Positions 12,412 to 22,203 of a stretch of DNA of 64,000 nt are shown here, one piece after another. Every line of letters starts with the position of its first letter. The stretch's first letter is position 1. The stretch comes from Candidatus Nomurabacteria bacterium (GTDB lineage: Bacteria; Patescibacteriota; Minisyncoccia; Phycocordibacterales; UBA9973). The translations under genes were made by a program, and so were the position numbers. Below the pieces are notes generated by a model. That model was not told where the DNA came from. It ran no database searches and was given only the letters and a program-made list of their open reading frames with translations. Location of the stretch: contig JBPOHQ010000006.1 of NCBI GenBank assembly GCA_052035405.1, positions 8,039-72,038 of the forward strand, read 5' to 3'.

Positions 12412-12795
12412 ATGAGTAAAAAAGTAAATCAAAAGGAAGGAGTGGGCAAGGCTATAGCAGCCGGAGTGGGTGTCGCAGCAGTATCAGCTGCAGCGTATTT
12501 GTTGTTTGGTCCAGAAGGAAAAAAGAATAGAAAGAAAATTAATGGATGGGCAGTAAAAATGAAAGGTGAGATGATCGAAAAATTTGAAGATATGAAGGAA
12601 GTAACAGAACCTATGTATCACAAAGTTGTAGACGAAATCTCAGCAAAGTATGCAAAGACAAAAGGTGTTTCTCAAGAAGAAATTACTGGAGTTGTGGCAG
12701 AATTAAAAAAACATTGGAAAGCTCTTGCAAAAGATACTAAAAAATTAGTAAAAAAAGTAAGCAAGACCCCCGCTAAAAAAGTTAGTAAAAAATAA
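12412..12795 (+). CDS. YtxH-like hypothetical protein
   Basis: Ala/Gly-rich helix followed by YLLFGPEGKKNRKK; Lys-rich tail. Confidence 0.6.
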   Translation: MSKKVNQKEGVGKAIAAGVGVAAVSAAAYLLFGPEGKKNRKKINGWAVKMKGEMIEKFEDMKEVTEPMYHKVVDEISAKYAKTKGVSQEEITGVVAELKKHWKALAKDTKKLVKKVSKTPAKKVSKK

Positions 12796-12818
12796 AAAAG
12801 AAGTATACTGAGAAAGTT

Positions 12819-13589
12819 TTGAAGAAAGATATTCAAAAAATAATAGTTTTAAACAAAAAGGAAGGAGAGACACCGCTTGAAGCGTTGTCTCTTTTTCGTA
12901 GTACGCATAAAAGTTTTAAAGACATACCCATGACCTATGCAGGGCGACTGGACCCGATGGCTTCTGGGTTGTTGATTATTTTGATCGGAGAAGAATGTAA
13001 AAAGAAAGATGAATATCTGAAACTAGATAAAGAATACGAATTTGACGTATTGTTTGGCTTTGCTACTGATACATATGATATTTTGGGTAAAGTTACTGCA
13101 AAAGCATGCAAAGAACACCTAGACGCTTTGAACGCTAAATCTTTAGAAAAAGAAATATTAAAAAATCTAAAGTATTTTAAGGGTACGTTTATTCAAAAGT
13201 ATCCAATATATTCTTCTCGTACGGTGAATGGGAAGCCACTTTTTGAATATGGTAGAGAGGGCAAAGATGTAGAGATTCCAGAAAGAGAGGTACATGTAAA
13301 AAGTTTAAAATTTCTAAAATTAAGAAAAATAAACAATAAAAAACTTTTAGAAAATATAGAAAAAAGGATACGAAAAGTAAATGGAGATTTTAGGCAAAAA
13401 GAAATTATACATATTTGGAAAAAAGAATTGAAAACAGAAGAAACTTTCTTCATTGCAAGTTTTAAAGTGAAGTGTAGTAGTGGTACGTACGTGAGAGGGA
13501 TAGCTCAAGATTTGGGTGAGAAGATGGGTCTACCAACACTCGCTTACACAATAAAAAGGACAAAAATTGGGAAATATGATAATGTGTAA
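12819..13589 (+). CDS. truB: tRNA pseudouridine(55) synthase, short form without PUA domain
   Basis: AGRLDPMASGLL catalytic Asp motif, YSS..VNGKPL, CSSGTYVR. Confidence 0.85.
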   Translation: MKKDIQKIIVLNKKEGETPLEALSLFRSTHKSFKDIPMTYAGRLDPMASGLLIILIGEECKKKDEYLKLDKEYEFDVLFGFATDTYDILGKVTAKACKEHLDALNAKSLEKEILKNLKYFKGTFIQKYPIYSSRTVNGKPLFEYGREGKDVEIPEREVHVKSLKFLKLRKINNKKLLENIEKRIRKVNGDFRQKEIIHIWKKELKTEETFFIASFKVKCSSGTYVRGIAQDLGEKMGLPTLAYTIKRTKIGKYDNV

Positions 13590-14512
13590 TGATGGAAATG
13601 CAAACTATATTGAGTATTTTATTTGGTGTGGTGGTAGTGGGTTTTTTAGTGGCAGATCTTGGATTTTTTAATAAAAAAAGCCACAAGATTGCTTTTAAGC
13701 CCGCACTCTATCAATCAATATTTTGGGTTGGAATCTCTCTTGTTTTTGGACTTTTAATCTATCTTTTTATAGACAAGAACACAGCAGTTGAGTTTCTAAG
13801 TGCATATGTTACAGAAAAAATGCTTTCCGTAGATAATCTCTTTGTGATAATGCTTATCTTTAGTTATTTTAAATTAGATGAAAAGTATCACCATAGGGCA
13901 TTGTTTTGGGGTATATTAGGAGCAATAGTGTTTCGGGGAGTTTTTATTTTGGCTGGATCTTATATCATAAATCAATTTCACTGGGTTCTGTATATCTTTG
14001 GTGCGGTGCTTCTCTATACAGGTTTGAAATTACTAGGTGATAAAAAAGAAGAACATATTGATTTTAAAAAGAGTAAAGTTATAAAGTTTCTCCATAAAGT
14101 GTTTCCTTTTACTGATAGTCATCATGGAGGAAAATTCTTTTTGAGAGAGAACGGAAAATTTTATTTTACTTCATTATTTATGGTGGTAGCCATGGTAGAG
14201 GCAACTGATATTATCTTTGCAGTGGACTCTATTCCTGCTGTATTTTCTATCTCTCAAAATTTGTTCGTAGTGTTTACTTCTAATATCTTTGCGATTATGG
14301 GACTTCGAGCGTTGTTCTTCTTACTTGAAAACATATTGCATCGTTTCCACCATCTACAAAAAGGCTTGGCAGTAATATTATTGTTTATTGGTGCAAAAAT
14401 GCTGGTAGGAATATTTGGTATACATATCTCTTCTTTTGTTTCATTTGGGGTTATTATGTTTGCACTAGTTACTTCTATAATATTATCTTTAATGTTCCCT
14501 AAGAAAATTTAA
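13589..14512 (+). CDS. TerC/Alx family membrane protein
   Basis: EKMLSVDNLFV, DIIFAVDSIPA, SNIFAIMGLRAL. Confidence 0.92.
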   Translation: MMEMQTILSILFGVVVVGFLVADLGFFNKKSHKIAFKPALYQSIFWVGISLVFGLLIYLFIDKNTAVEFLSAYVTEKMLSVDNLFVIMLIFSYFKLDEKYHHRALFWGILGAIVFRGVFILAGSYIINQFHWVLYIFGAVLLYTGLKLLGDKKEEHIDFKKSKVIKFLHKVFPFTDSHHGGKFFLRENGKFYFTSLFMVVAMVEATDIIFAVDSIPAVFSISQNLFVVFTSNIFAIMGLRALFFLLENILHRFHHLQKGLAVILLFIGAKMLVGIFGIHISSFVSFGVIMFALVTSIILSLMFPKKI

Positions 14513-14625
14513 AAACAAAAAAATACAAGAGCAGGGCTTGTGTTTTTTGGTTTTAGGAGTAGAATCAACAACTGAAATTGTACATTTAATACACTAATTT
14601 TTCACCCATACAACTGCCTTGGTCT

Positions 14626-15192
14626 ATGGAAGTAATGATTAAATCAGCTCTGATTTTTTTTGAAAGCCCTATTCCGTGGCTTATCAACGGATTCACTATT
14701 CTTTTTTATTTACTTGCAACAAAAAAAGCGACACTTACTCCAGTGGATTGTTGTAGGTGTGCCGATAAACGTGTTGGCGGTGGTAATCTCTTAGGAGGAG
14801 CAGCTGCCATGTCTTTTGGGTCTCCATCATTGTTTTTGTTTTACTTTCTAAAACTCGACATATTCTGGACTATGTTTGAGATTCAAGCGATATACAGCAC
14901 TATCATGTTAGTTGTTCTAGTTTTACCAAAGTTACTTAAAGACGGGACTGTTCTTATTGAAAGTCATGCAGGTGGCGAAGTATCTCTTTGTGGAATGGTT
15001 GCGGCTTTAAATATAGGGCCACTGTATTGGGTGTCTAAGATTCCAGGAATTGGAATTTTTATTTTTATCCTAGTGGATATAATCACGACCGTGCATCATG
15101 TTTTTGCGTCGATTATTTTAGGAATCTGTTCATTGGGAAGAATTAAAACAGGTTTTTCAGAAAGTCAGAAACCACCAAGCGGCTATACGTAG
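14626..15192 (+). CDS. Hypothetical multi-pass membrane protein
   Basis: 188-aa hydrophobic ORF with an upstream -10 (TAGAAT) and a terminator overlapping its stop; no family recognised. Confidence 0.5.
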   Translation: MEVMIKSALIFFESPIPWLINGFTILFYLLATKKATLTPVDCCRCADKRVGGGNLLGGAAAMSFGSPSLFLFYFLKLDIFWTMFEIQAIYSTIMLVVLVLPKLLKDGTVLIESHAGGEVSLCGMVAALNIGPLYWVSKIPGIGIFIFILVDIITTVHHVFASIILGICSLGRIKTGFSESQKPPSGYT

Positions 15193-15207
15193 CCGCTTTT
15201 TTTATTT
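15177..15207 (+). terminator. Intrinsic terminator
   Basis: AAGCGGCTA-TACG-TAGCCGCTT followed by a U-tract. Confidence 0.8.
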
Positions 15208-15223
15208 ACGTTATAATGTACCC

Positions 15224-18205
15224 ATGTCAGACAAAAACTTTGAGACTGAGTACGGTAAATTAAATAAGGCACAGAAGGACGCGGTGGACTCTATCGACGG
15301 ACCAGTCATGGTAGTCGCGGGTCCCGGTACAGGTAAGACCCAGATACTAGCACTTCGTATAGGGAATATTTTAAATAAAACTGATATAAAAGCTGATGGT
15401 ATTTTATGTTTAACGTTTACCAATTCTGGAGTGAAAGCGATGAAAGAGAGACTTAGGTCGTATATCGGAGGGGAGGCAGGAAAAGTTCATGTATCCACGT
15501 TCCATAGTTTTGGTATGAATATTATAGAGAAATATTTTGGTGCTCTTGGACTGGACGAGATGCCGACACTCATGGATGAAAAGGATTCGATCATGATTTC
15601 AGATTCAATCTTACAAGATAATACTTGGGAATATTTAAAGCCGAGATCAGATAATTCTAGATATTTTAATGATTTAAAATCTTTAATTTCTTTTTTGAAA
15701 CGAGAACGCATCAAGCCTGCAGATTTTGAGAGATTACTTCAAGATGAAATAAGAAATATTAAAAATGATCCAGAGAGTATCTCAACTCGTGGAGAGAGTA
15801 AAGGGAAATTAAAAAAAGAAATAGAAAAAAAGATTGAAGGATTAGAACGTACTCTTGAAGCGATGCGATTTTATGAATTTTATGAACAAGTAAAAAGTGA
15901 AAAGAATTTTTTAGATTATGATGATGTGTTGGAGAGTTTAGTAAAAATTGTAGAAGAAAGCGAAGACGCAGCAGCTTTTATTCGAGAGAACTATCAATAT
16001 ATTCTCATAGACGAACACCAGGATTCTAGTGGTGTGCAAAATGAGTTTCTGCAAAAAGTTTGGGGTGAAGTAGAGAATCCAAATATTTTTGTAGTAGGGG
16101 ACGATCGGCAGCTTATATATGGATTCGGAGGAGCGTCCCTAGAATACTTTGAGAATTTCAAAAATGCTTTTGGAAAAGCGAAGCTCATAATGCTCGTTGA
16201 GAATTATCGTTCTACTCAGGGTATTCTAGACTCTGCACACGAGTTGTTACAGAGTTCTATCAGTAAAGAAAAGCTAAAAAGTAATTCTAAAGAAAACCAC
16301 CCACTCAATTTAGTAGAGGCAAGTTACGAAAGAGATGAAATCATCCTTGCAGGACTTGAGATTCAGAAAAAAATAAAAGAAGGCCTAGATGAAAATGATA
16401 TAGCAATACTTGTTCCTAAAAACAGGCATGTGCGTAGTGCGATGACGGTCCTTCATGATATGGGTATATCTGTAGCAACAGGAGAGAAAGTAAACTTTTT
16501 TGATTCTCTTGTAGCCATTAGTTTTATCAGAGTTTTAAATATATTAGCAACTCCCGCGGACGGGTCAATGCTCGCAGAGTCTTTTTTTGATCCACTAACA
16601 AATATTAAACCCATCGAGGCACATACATTCATAAGAGATAACAACATGAGAGAATTTTCGTTCTTAGATGCAATGGAAGAAGAAAGACAAACTCTTTTTA
16701 AAGAAGAGAATTCGGTAAAAAACTGGATAGCAAAGTTGAAAGGTTGGTTTGCTCTTACTAACGAAAATGGTGTTTATTCTTTTATTCAGAAAATAGCACG
16801 AGAGTTTTTACTAGATACGGCAAATAATCACGAAGACTTAGTCGCTCGAGTAGAAGTCGTACGCACGATACTTCATTTAGTATTAGCTCAAATAGAAAAG
16901 AATCCAAAAATTACTTTAAAAGAATTCCTTAATTTTATTAAAAGACTAGAAGAGTATGGTCAAAATATACCACTTGCTTCTTTCGACGCTTCATCTGGAG
17001 TGAAGGTGCTTACATTGCATGGATCTAAGGGTCTAGAGTTTGATTTCGTCTGGATTGCACATATGGATGAGAAGTCTCTCGCTGGTGCACGAAAGGGTGG
17101 ATTTACAATACCAGAAAGTTTATCCGAGAAAATGGAAGAGCGAGACGAAGAAGTAATCAAAAGAGAACTTTATGTGGCCATAACCCGCGCAAAAAGATTT
17201 TGTACTATTTCTTATGCTACCCATTCATACACTGGCGGGGACAGAACTTTATCCGACGTAGTTGCTAACCTGGAAAATAATTTCACTAAACAAACAGCCG
17301 ATGAGACAGAGAAAATAATACTAGTTCATGATCCAAAAGCTTATACAGAGAGCAGGGGAATAAATAGAGAAAATATGAGCCTACAAGAATTAAAAAAGCT
17401 TGTGTCGAAAGACTATGAAGACAGGAAAGTGTCCGTCTCACTACTTAATAACTTCTTTGAGTGTCCTTGGAAGTGGTATTTTAGAAATTTACTTCAACTT
17501 CCAGAACCAAAGGCAGAAAGTCTAGAATTTGGAAACATTGTGCATGGAGCGATAGATACTATTTTAAAATTAAATACAGATACGGTAAACGAGGAAGAAA
17601 TTAAAAGTATCATAAAAAAACTTGTTTTAAAATCTGGTTTTGGCGACGACAGAAAACAAAAAGAATTAGAACATGATGCATTTAAAATAGTCTCAGTATG
17701 GGTAGAAGAAAGATTACCTAAAATAGAGAAAGACAGAGAAAATGAAAAAAGTGTATCTGTGAGAGATGACAGGTTTCCTCATCTTAATATCTACGGCAAG
17801 ATAGACTTAGTGGAGATAATTGGAAAAGAAAATGTGCGGGTTACAGACTTTAAAACCGGCACCCCAAGGAAGAAAAGTGAGATAGAGAAAATAGATGAAG
17901 AGGGTAGGGTGAGCGACTACATGCGTCAGCTATCAATGTACTCGTATCTTTTAGGTGAGAATTCTAAGTGGAAAAAGAACGTAACCGAATCACAACTTGA
18001 ATTCGTACAAGCTAAAAATGAAAAAGAAATGTTTTATGGCACATATATAGACAAGGAACATATAGATTTATTAATCCGAGACATCACAGACTATGATAAT
18101 TTGTTAAAAAATGGAAACTGGGTAGATAGACCTTGCAACTTCAAATCCTACGGCAAACAAAATACTGAATGTGAGTATTGTAAAATGGCACGAATCTATG
18201 AGTAG
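15224..18205 (+). CDS. UvrD/PcrA-type SF1 helicase fused to a PD-(D/E)XK nuclease with a probable Fe-S staple (AddAB/AdnAB-like)
   Basis: AGPGTGKT, ILIDEHQD, VGDDRQ, ENYRS, HGSKGLEF, YVAITRA; nuclease GKID...DFKTG; Cys set FECP...PC...CEYC. Confidence 0.88.
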   Translation: MSDKNFETEYGKLNKAQKDAVDSIDGPVMVVAGPGTGKTQILALRIGNILNKTDIKADGILCLTFTNSGVKAMKERLRSYIGGEAGKVHVSTFHSFGMNIIEKYFGALGLDEMPTLMDEKDSIMISDSILQDNTWEYLKPRSDNSRYFNDLKSLISFLKRERIKPADFERLLQDEIRNIKNDPESISTRGESKGKLKKEIEKKIEGLERTLEAMRFYEFYEQVKSEKNFLDYDDVLESLVKIVEESEDAAAFIRENYQYILIDEHQDSSGVQNEFLQKVWGEVENPNIFVVGDDRQLIYGFGGASLEYFENFKNAFGKAKLIMLVENYRSTQGILDSAHELLQSSISKEKLKSNSKENHPLNLVEASYERDEIILAGLEIQKKIKEGLDENDIAILVPKNRHVRSAMTVLHDMGISVATGEKVNFFDSLVAISFIRVLNILATPADGSMLAESFFDPLTNIKPIEAHTFIRDNNMREFSFLDAMEEERQTLFKEENSVKNWIAKLKGWFALTNENGVYSFIQKIAREFLLDTANNHEDLVARVEVVRTILHLVLAQIEKNPKITLKEFLNFIKRLEEYGQNIPLASFDASSGVKVLTLHGSKGLEFDFVWIAHMDEKSLAGARKGGFTIPESLSEKMEERDEEVIKRELYVAITRAKRFCTISYATHSYTGGDRTLSDVVANLENNFTKQTADETEKIILVHDPKAYTESRGINRENMSLQELKKLVSKDYEDRKVSVSLLNNFFECPWKWYFRNLLQLPEPKAESLEFGNIVHGAIDTILKLNTDTVNEEEIKSIIKKLVLKSGFGDDRKQKELEHDAFKIVSVWVEERLPKIEKDRENEKSVSVRDDRFPHLNIYGKIDLVEIIGKENVRVTDFKTGTPRKKSEIEKIDEEGRVSDYMRQLSMYSYLLGENSKWKKNVTESQLEFVQAKNEKEMFYGTYIDKEHIDLLIRDITDYDNLLKNGNWVDRPCNFKSYGKQNTECEYCKMARIYE

Positions 18206-18270
18206 CATTCTTGCAATTTAGCTCCTCGAAAGGTATATTTTCCTTATAGGAGGTTTTTTGGATTTTATCT

Positions 18271-19290
18271 ATGCATAAAAAGGTTAATTTAAAATCAAAA
18301 GAAGAATTGCTTGAAGACTTGAAGAAAGAAAACTTTCGTCGTAAAACTGTGTCTTTTTATAAGTACGTAAAAATAAAAAATCCAAAAGAGATGAGGGATT
18401 TTTTGTTTGACAACTTAAATGATCTCAAGTGTCTCGGTAGAATATATGTAGCGGAGGAAGGCATAAATGCCCAGATGAATGTACCAGAGCATAATTGGTC
18501 CTCTTTTGATTCTTTTATTCAAGGGATTCCAGAATTTAACGGGGTGCCTTACAAAGTAGCAGTAGAAGAAAAAAATACCTCAAGCTTTTTAAAGCTTATC
18601 ATAAAAGTTCGTCCGAAAATTGTGGCAGATGGGTTGGATGATAGTTCTTTTGACCCGTCAAATACCGGAGAATATGCTACTGCAGAAGATGTAAACCAAA
18701 TGATTGACCGTGGTGTGACAGTGATAGATATGCGCAATATGTATGAGGCTGCTATAGGGCATTTTGAAAATGCAAAGCTTATGAATGTGGATACTTTTAG
18801 AGAACAACTAGCTAAGGTTACAGACATGTTCAAGGATAATAAAGACGAAGAAGTGCTCCTGTATTGTACCGGAGGTATCAGGTGTGAAAAGGCTTCAGCA
18901 TGGATGAAGCACAATGGATTCAAGAATGTAAAACACATACAAGGGGGCATAATCGATTATGCTCATCAGGTAAAAGAAAAAGGTTTGCAAAATAAGTTTA
19001 AGGGTAAAAATTTCGTCTTTGATGAAAGAATGGGAGAGAAAATCGGAGATGAGATAATTGCGTTTTGCCAAGTCTGTGAAAAAACAAAATGTGATGACTA
19101 TACTCACTGCAAAAACACTTCTTGCCACGTACTTTTCATATGTTGCGATAATTGCAAGAATAAACTACATGGCTATTGTAGTAAAGTTTGTAATATTTGT
19201 GACAAATTCCCTAAGAAAATTAATCAATTCTTTATAGGTTCAAGTAAACAAAAACACCAAAATCAATTCAAGAAGAATTATAAAAGATAG
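18271..19290 (+). CDS. trhO: Rhodanese-family tRNA uridine(34) hydroxylase TrhO (YceA)
   Basis: SFYKY, GRIYVAEEGINA, DMRNMYE, YCTGGIRCEKAS, FVFDER, Cys-rich C-terminus. Confidence 0.88.
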   Translation: MHKKVNLKSKEELLEDLKKENFRRKTVSFYKYVKIKNPKEMRDFLFDNLNDLKCLGRIYVAEEGINAQMNVPEHNWSSFDSFIQGIPEFNGVPYKVAVEEKNTSSFLKLIIKVRPKIVADGLDDSSFDPSNTGEYATAEDVNQMIDRGVTVIDMRNMYEAAIGHFENAKLMNVDTFREQLAKVTDMFKDNKDEEVLLYCTGGIRCEKASAWMKHNGFKNVKHIQGGIIDYAHQVKEKGLQNKFKGKNFVFDERMGEKIGDEIIAFCQVCEKTKCDDYTHCKNTSCHVLFICCDNCKNKLHGYCSKVCNICDKFPKKINQFFIGSSKQKHQNQFKKNYKR

Positions 19291-19334
19291 AAATTTGGTA
19301 TAATGAGTATTATTAATTTAATTAATAAAAATAT

Positions 19335-19592
19335 ATGGCTATAGTAGAAATTCATGGTAAAAAAGTGCACGTAGATGATGATAGTTCTTCAGCACATTAT
19401 GCCGCTGATTATTTAAAAAAATTAGATGAAAGTGAGGCTCATAATTTTTTTAGCACTGCAGCTCATAACCGTATTTCTCATTTTGAGACACCGACACATG
19501 GTGATATAAAAAATCAAAGTTTACATCACAATATGACCCTTGAACATAATAGTGACGGTACTTATAATTTAAGAAAGAGGACTCATCACTAA
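19335..19592 (+). CDS. Small His-rich hypothetical protein
   Basis: 85 aa with 12 His; promoter upstream; 7 bp before pheS. Confidence 0.6.
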   Translation: MAIVEIHGKKVHVDDDSSSAHYAADYLKKLDESEAHNFFSTAAHNRISHFETPTHGDIKNQSLHHNMTLEHNSDGTYNLRKRTHH

Positions 19593-19599
19593 GAATTTT

Positions 19600-20325
19600 A
19601 TGCAAACAATATCAGAACAAAACCCATCAAATAAAATGGGCACAGAACATCCTTTAAATATTTTAGCTAGTGAAGCATATAAGGTTTTTTCTGATCTTGG
19701 TTTTGAGGTAACCCTTGGACCCGAACTTGAAAGTGAATGGTATAACTTTGATGCGTTAAATGTATCAAAAGATCATCCTGCTCGTGATATGCAAGATACC
19801 TTTTTTATAAAAGATAAACCTGGATACGTACTTCGTACCCATACTACAAATGTCACAGCTCGAGCTATTGAACAAGCGGGCAAGGAAGGGAGAATCCCTT
19901 GTGCTTTTATTTCTATTGGAAAAGTTTTCAGAAATGAAGCGACTGATGCTACACACGAAATGCAATTTTTCCAGATTGATGGAACTATGGTGGGGGAGAA
20001 TATTTCTATAGCAGAACTTAAAGGGGTGCTAACCCACTTTTATAAAAAAATGCTTGGAGATGATGTAGAGATGGAATTTCGTCCGAGCTTCTTTCCGTTC
20101 GTTGAACCAGGTCTTGAAGTATGGCTTAAGTTTAGAAATAGATGGCTTGAAGTGATGGGTGCAGGAATGCTTCATCCAAATGTTATACAAAACTTAGGAT
20201 TAGACCCTAAAAAAGTTCAAGGTTTTGCCTTTGGTGGAGGTCTTGATCGTATTGCTATGGTCAAATGGAACGTCCCTGATGTGAGGCTTTTTTACCAAGG
20301 AGACTTACGTCTTAACCAGTTTTAA
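19600..20325 (+). CDS. pheS: Phenylalanyl-tRNA synthetase alpha subunit (lacks the N-terminal arm)
   Basis: HPL, NFDALN..HPARDMQDTF, FRNEATDATH, FPFVEP, GFAFGGGLDR. Confidence 0.95.
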   Translation: MQTISEQNPSNKMGTEHPLNILASEAYKVFSDLGFEVTLGPELESEWYNFDALNVSKDHPARDMQDTFFIKDKPGYVLRTHTTNVTARAIEQAGKEGRIPCAFISIGKVFRNEATDATHEMQFFQIDGTMVGENISIAELKGVLTHFYKKMLGDDVEMEFRPSFFPFVEPGLEVWLKFRNRWLEVMGAGMLHPNVIQNLGLDPKKVQGFAFGGGLDRIAMVKWNVPDVRLFYQGDLRLNQF

Positions 20326-20328
20326 TAT

Positions 20329-22179
20329 ATGAAAATTTCTTACAGTTGGTTAAAATCATATATTCCAGAAATACCTGAACCTGAAAAAATGTGGGATATT
20401 TTTACCTACCACTTATGTGAAGTAGAAAGTGTAGAAAATACAGCCGATGGGGATACTATTTTTGATATAAATATTTTACCTAATAGAGCACATGATCTAC
20501 TTTCTCATCAGGGAGTAGCTCGAGAACTCGCTTCACTTTTAGATATTACGTACAAAGATCCAACAGAGTATTATAAAATTCCAGAGTCCCTTGGCCGTAG
20601 ATCCGGTACGGGCGAGGCAAAACCAACAGAATTAAAAATACAAATAGATTCAAAAAATTGTCGTAGGTATTCAGCTCGAATAGTTAGAAATATAAAAGTA
20701 GGCCCGAGTCCAGACTGGGTAGTAAAACATCTGGAGTCCATAGGACAGAGGAGTATCAATAATGTCGTAGATGCAGCGAATATAGTTATGTACGACTGCG
20801 GTCAACCAATCCATGCCTTTGATTTAGATAAATTATCCGGTGCTCTTACCATAAGGGAAGCAAAAGAAGGAGAGGAGATAACAACCCTAGACAACAAACA
20901 GGTTACATTAAAGACAAGTAATATGGTGATAGCTGACGATAAGAATGTCTTAGCTATCGCTGGAGTAAAAGGAGGGAAGATTGCTGAAGTAGATGATCAT
21001 ACAAAAAACATTGTTATAGAGATAGCAAACTTTGACCCTGTTTCTGTACGCAAGACTGCACGCGGAATAAATATTTTTACTGATGCAGCAAAAAGATTTG
21101 AAAATGATTTATCTCCTACTTTATGTGATTACGCAATGCGAGAGTTGTGTGGACTTTTTGTCGAATACGGATTTACGGACTTCGAAAACGTAGTAGACAT
21201 GTATCCAGTAAAACCAGAAGAACGAAAGCTTTCTTTTTCTATAGATAGAATGGCAAACATGCTTGGAAGAGAAGTTTCAAAAGAAGAAGTTGTAGATGTA
21301 TTGGAAAGATATAATTTCAGTTATGAAGATAAAGGTGATGTTATAGAAATAACTGTACCCCCTATGCGACTTGATTTAAATATTGAGGAAGACATGGCAG
21401 AAGAAATAGGGAGAATAGCTGGGTATGACAAAGTTGTCGGTAGACTTCCTTCACCATCTGTTTTTAAAAGAACAGTGAATGATCGACACGCGAAAATCGC
21501 TTGGGCTCGAAATCAACTTCTTTTAAATGGATACAATGAAACCATGACTTATACTTTTTCAAACAAAGGAGAAGTAGGAGTATTACAAAGTCCCTCTGAT
21601 AAGAAATTTTTAAGAACAAATTTAACCGATGGTTTAAAAGAAAGTATAAAATTAAATCAGTTAAATGCTCCTTTTTTAGAAATGACGCAAGTAAAAGTTT
21701 TTGAAATAGGAACTGTATTTAAAAAAGATATAGAAGAAATTCACGTCGCTTACGGAGATGCTAAAAAGATAAATGAACTTGAACTCTCGGAATTCTGTGA
21801 CTTGTTTGCTCCAAAGCTCGATGCAGAGGCTATGAATATGGATTTGTTGGTGAGTATGGCGTCTCGGGCAAAACGTGTAATGCCAGATAAATTCACCATG
21901 TGGTCTTTGTATCCATTTATAACTCGTGATATCGCACTTTGGGTACCAGAAGGTACAGACAGTGAGCTTGTTCGAAAAGTGATTGCAGAAAACATTAATG
22001 AGCTTGTGGTAAAGGGTCCAAATTTATTTGACTCATTTACTAAAGATGGGAAGACTTCTTATGCTTTTCGGCTTGTTTTTCAATCGTACGAGAAGACTTT
22101 GACTGACGAAGAAGTGGGTGCTGTAATGGATAAAATAACTAATAAAATTAAGGAGAATAATGATTGGCAGTTGCGCTAG
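20329..22179 (+). CDS. pheT: Phenylalanyl-tRNA synthetase beta subunit (no B2 OB domain)
   Basis: MKISYSWL, PNRAHDLLSH, INNVVD, RLDL...EEIGR, FDX-ACB domain RDIAL...KTLTDEE. Confidence 0.93.
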   Translation: MKISYSWLKSYIPEIPEPEKMWDIFTYHLCEVESVENTADGDTIFDINILPNRAHDLLSHQGVARELASLLDITYKDPTEYYKIPESLGRRSGTGEAKPTELKIQIDSKNCRRYSARIVRNIKVGPSPDWVVKHLESIGQRSINNVVDAANIVMYDCGQPIHAFDLDKLSGALTIREAKEGEEITTLDNKQVTLKTSNMVIADDKNVLAIAGVKGGKIAEVDDHTKNIVIEIANFDPVSVRKTARGINIFTDAAKRFENDLSPTLCDYAMRELCGLFVEYGFTDFENVVDMYPVKPEERKLSFSIDRMANMLGREVSKEEVVDVLERYNFSYEDKGDVIEITVPPMRLDLNIEEDMAEEIGRIAGYDKVVGRLPSPSVFKRTVNDRHAKIAWARNQLLLNGYNETMTYTFSNKGEVGVLQSPSDKKFLRTNLTDGLKESIKLNQLNAPFLEMTQVKVFEIGTVFKKDIEEIHVAYGDAKKINELELSEFCDLFAPKLDAEAMNMDLLVSMASRAKRVMPDKFTMWSLYPFITRDIALWVPEGTDSELVRKVIAENINELVVKGPNLFDSFTKDGKTSYAFRLVFQSYEKTLTDEEVGAVMDKITNKIKENNDWQLR

Positions 22180-22203
22180 TATTCTGCTATAATAGCCTTA
22201 CTT

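Noticed and set aside
15224-18205. Cas4 or defence nuclease
   Set aside because: The Fe-S PD-(D/E)XK domain is fused to a UvrD helicase, as in repair enzymes, and there is no defence context
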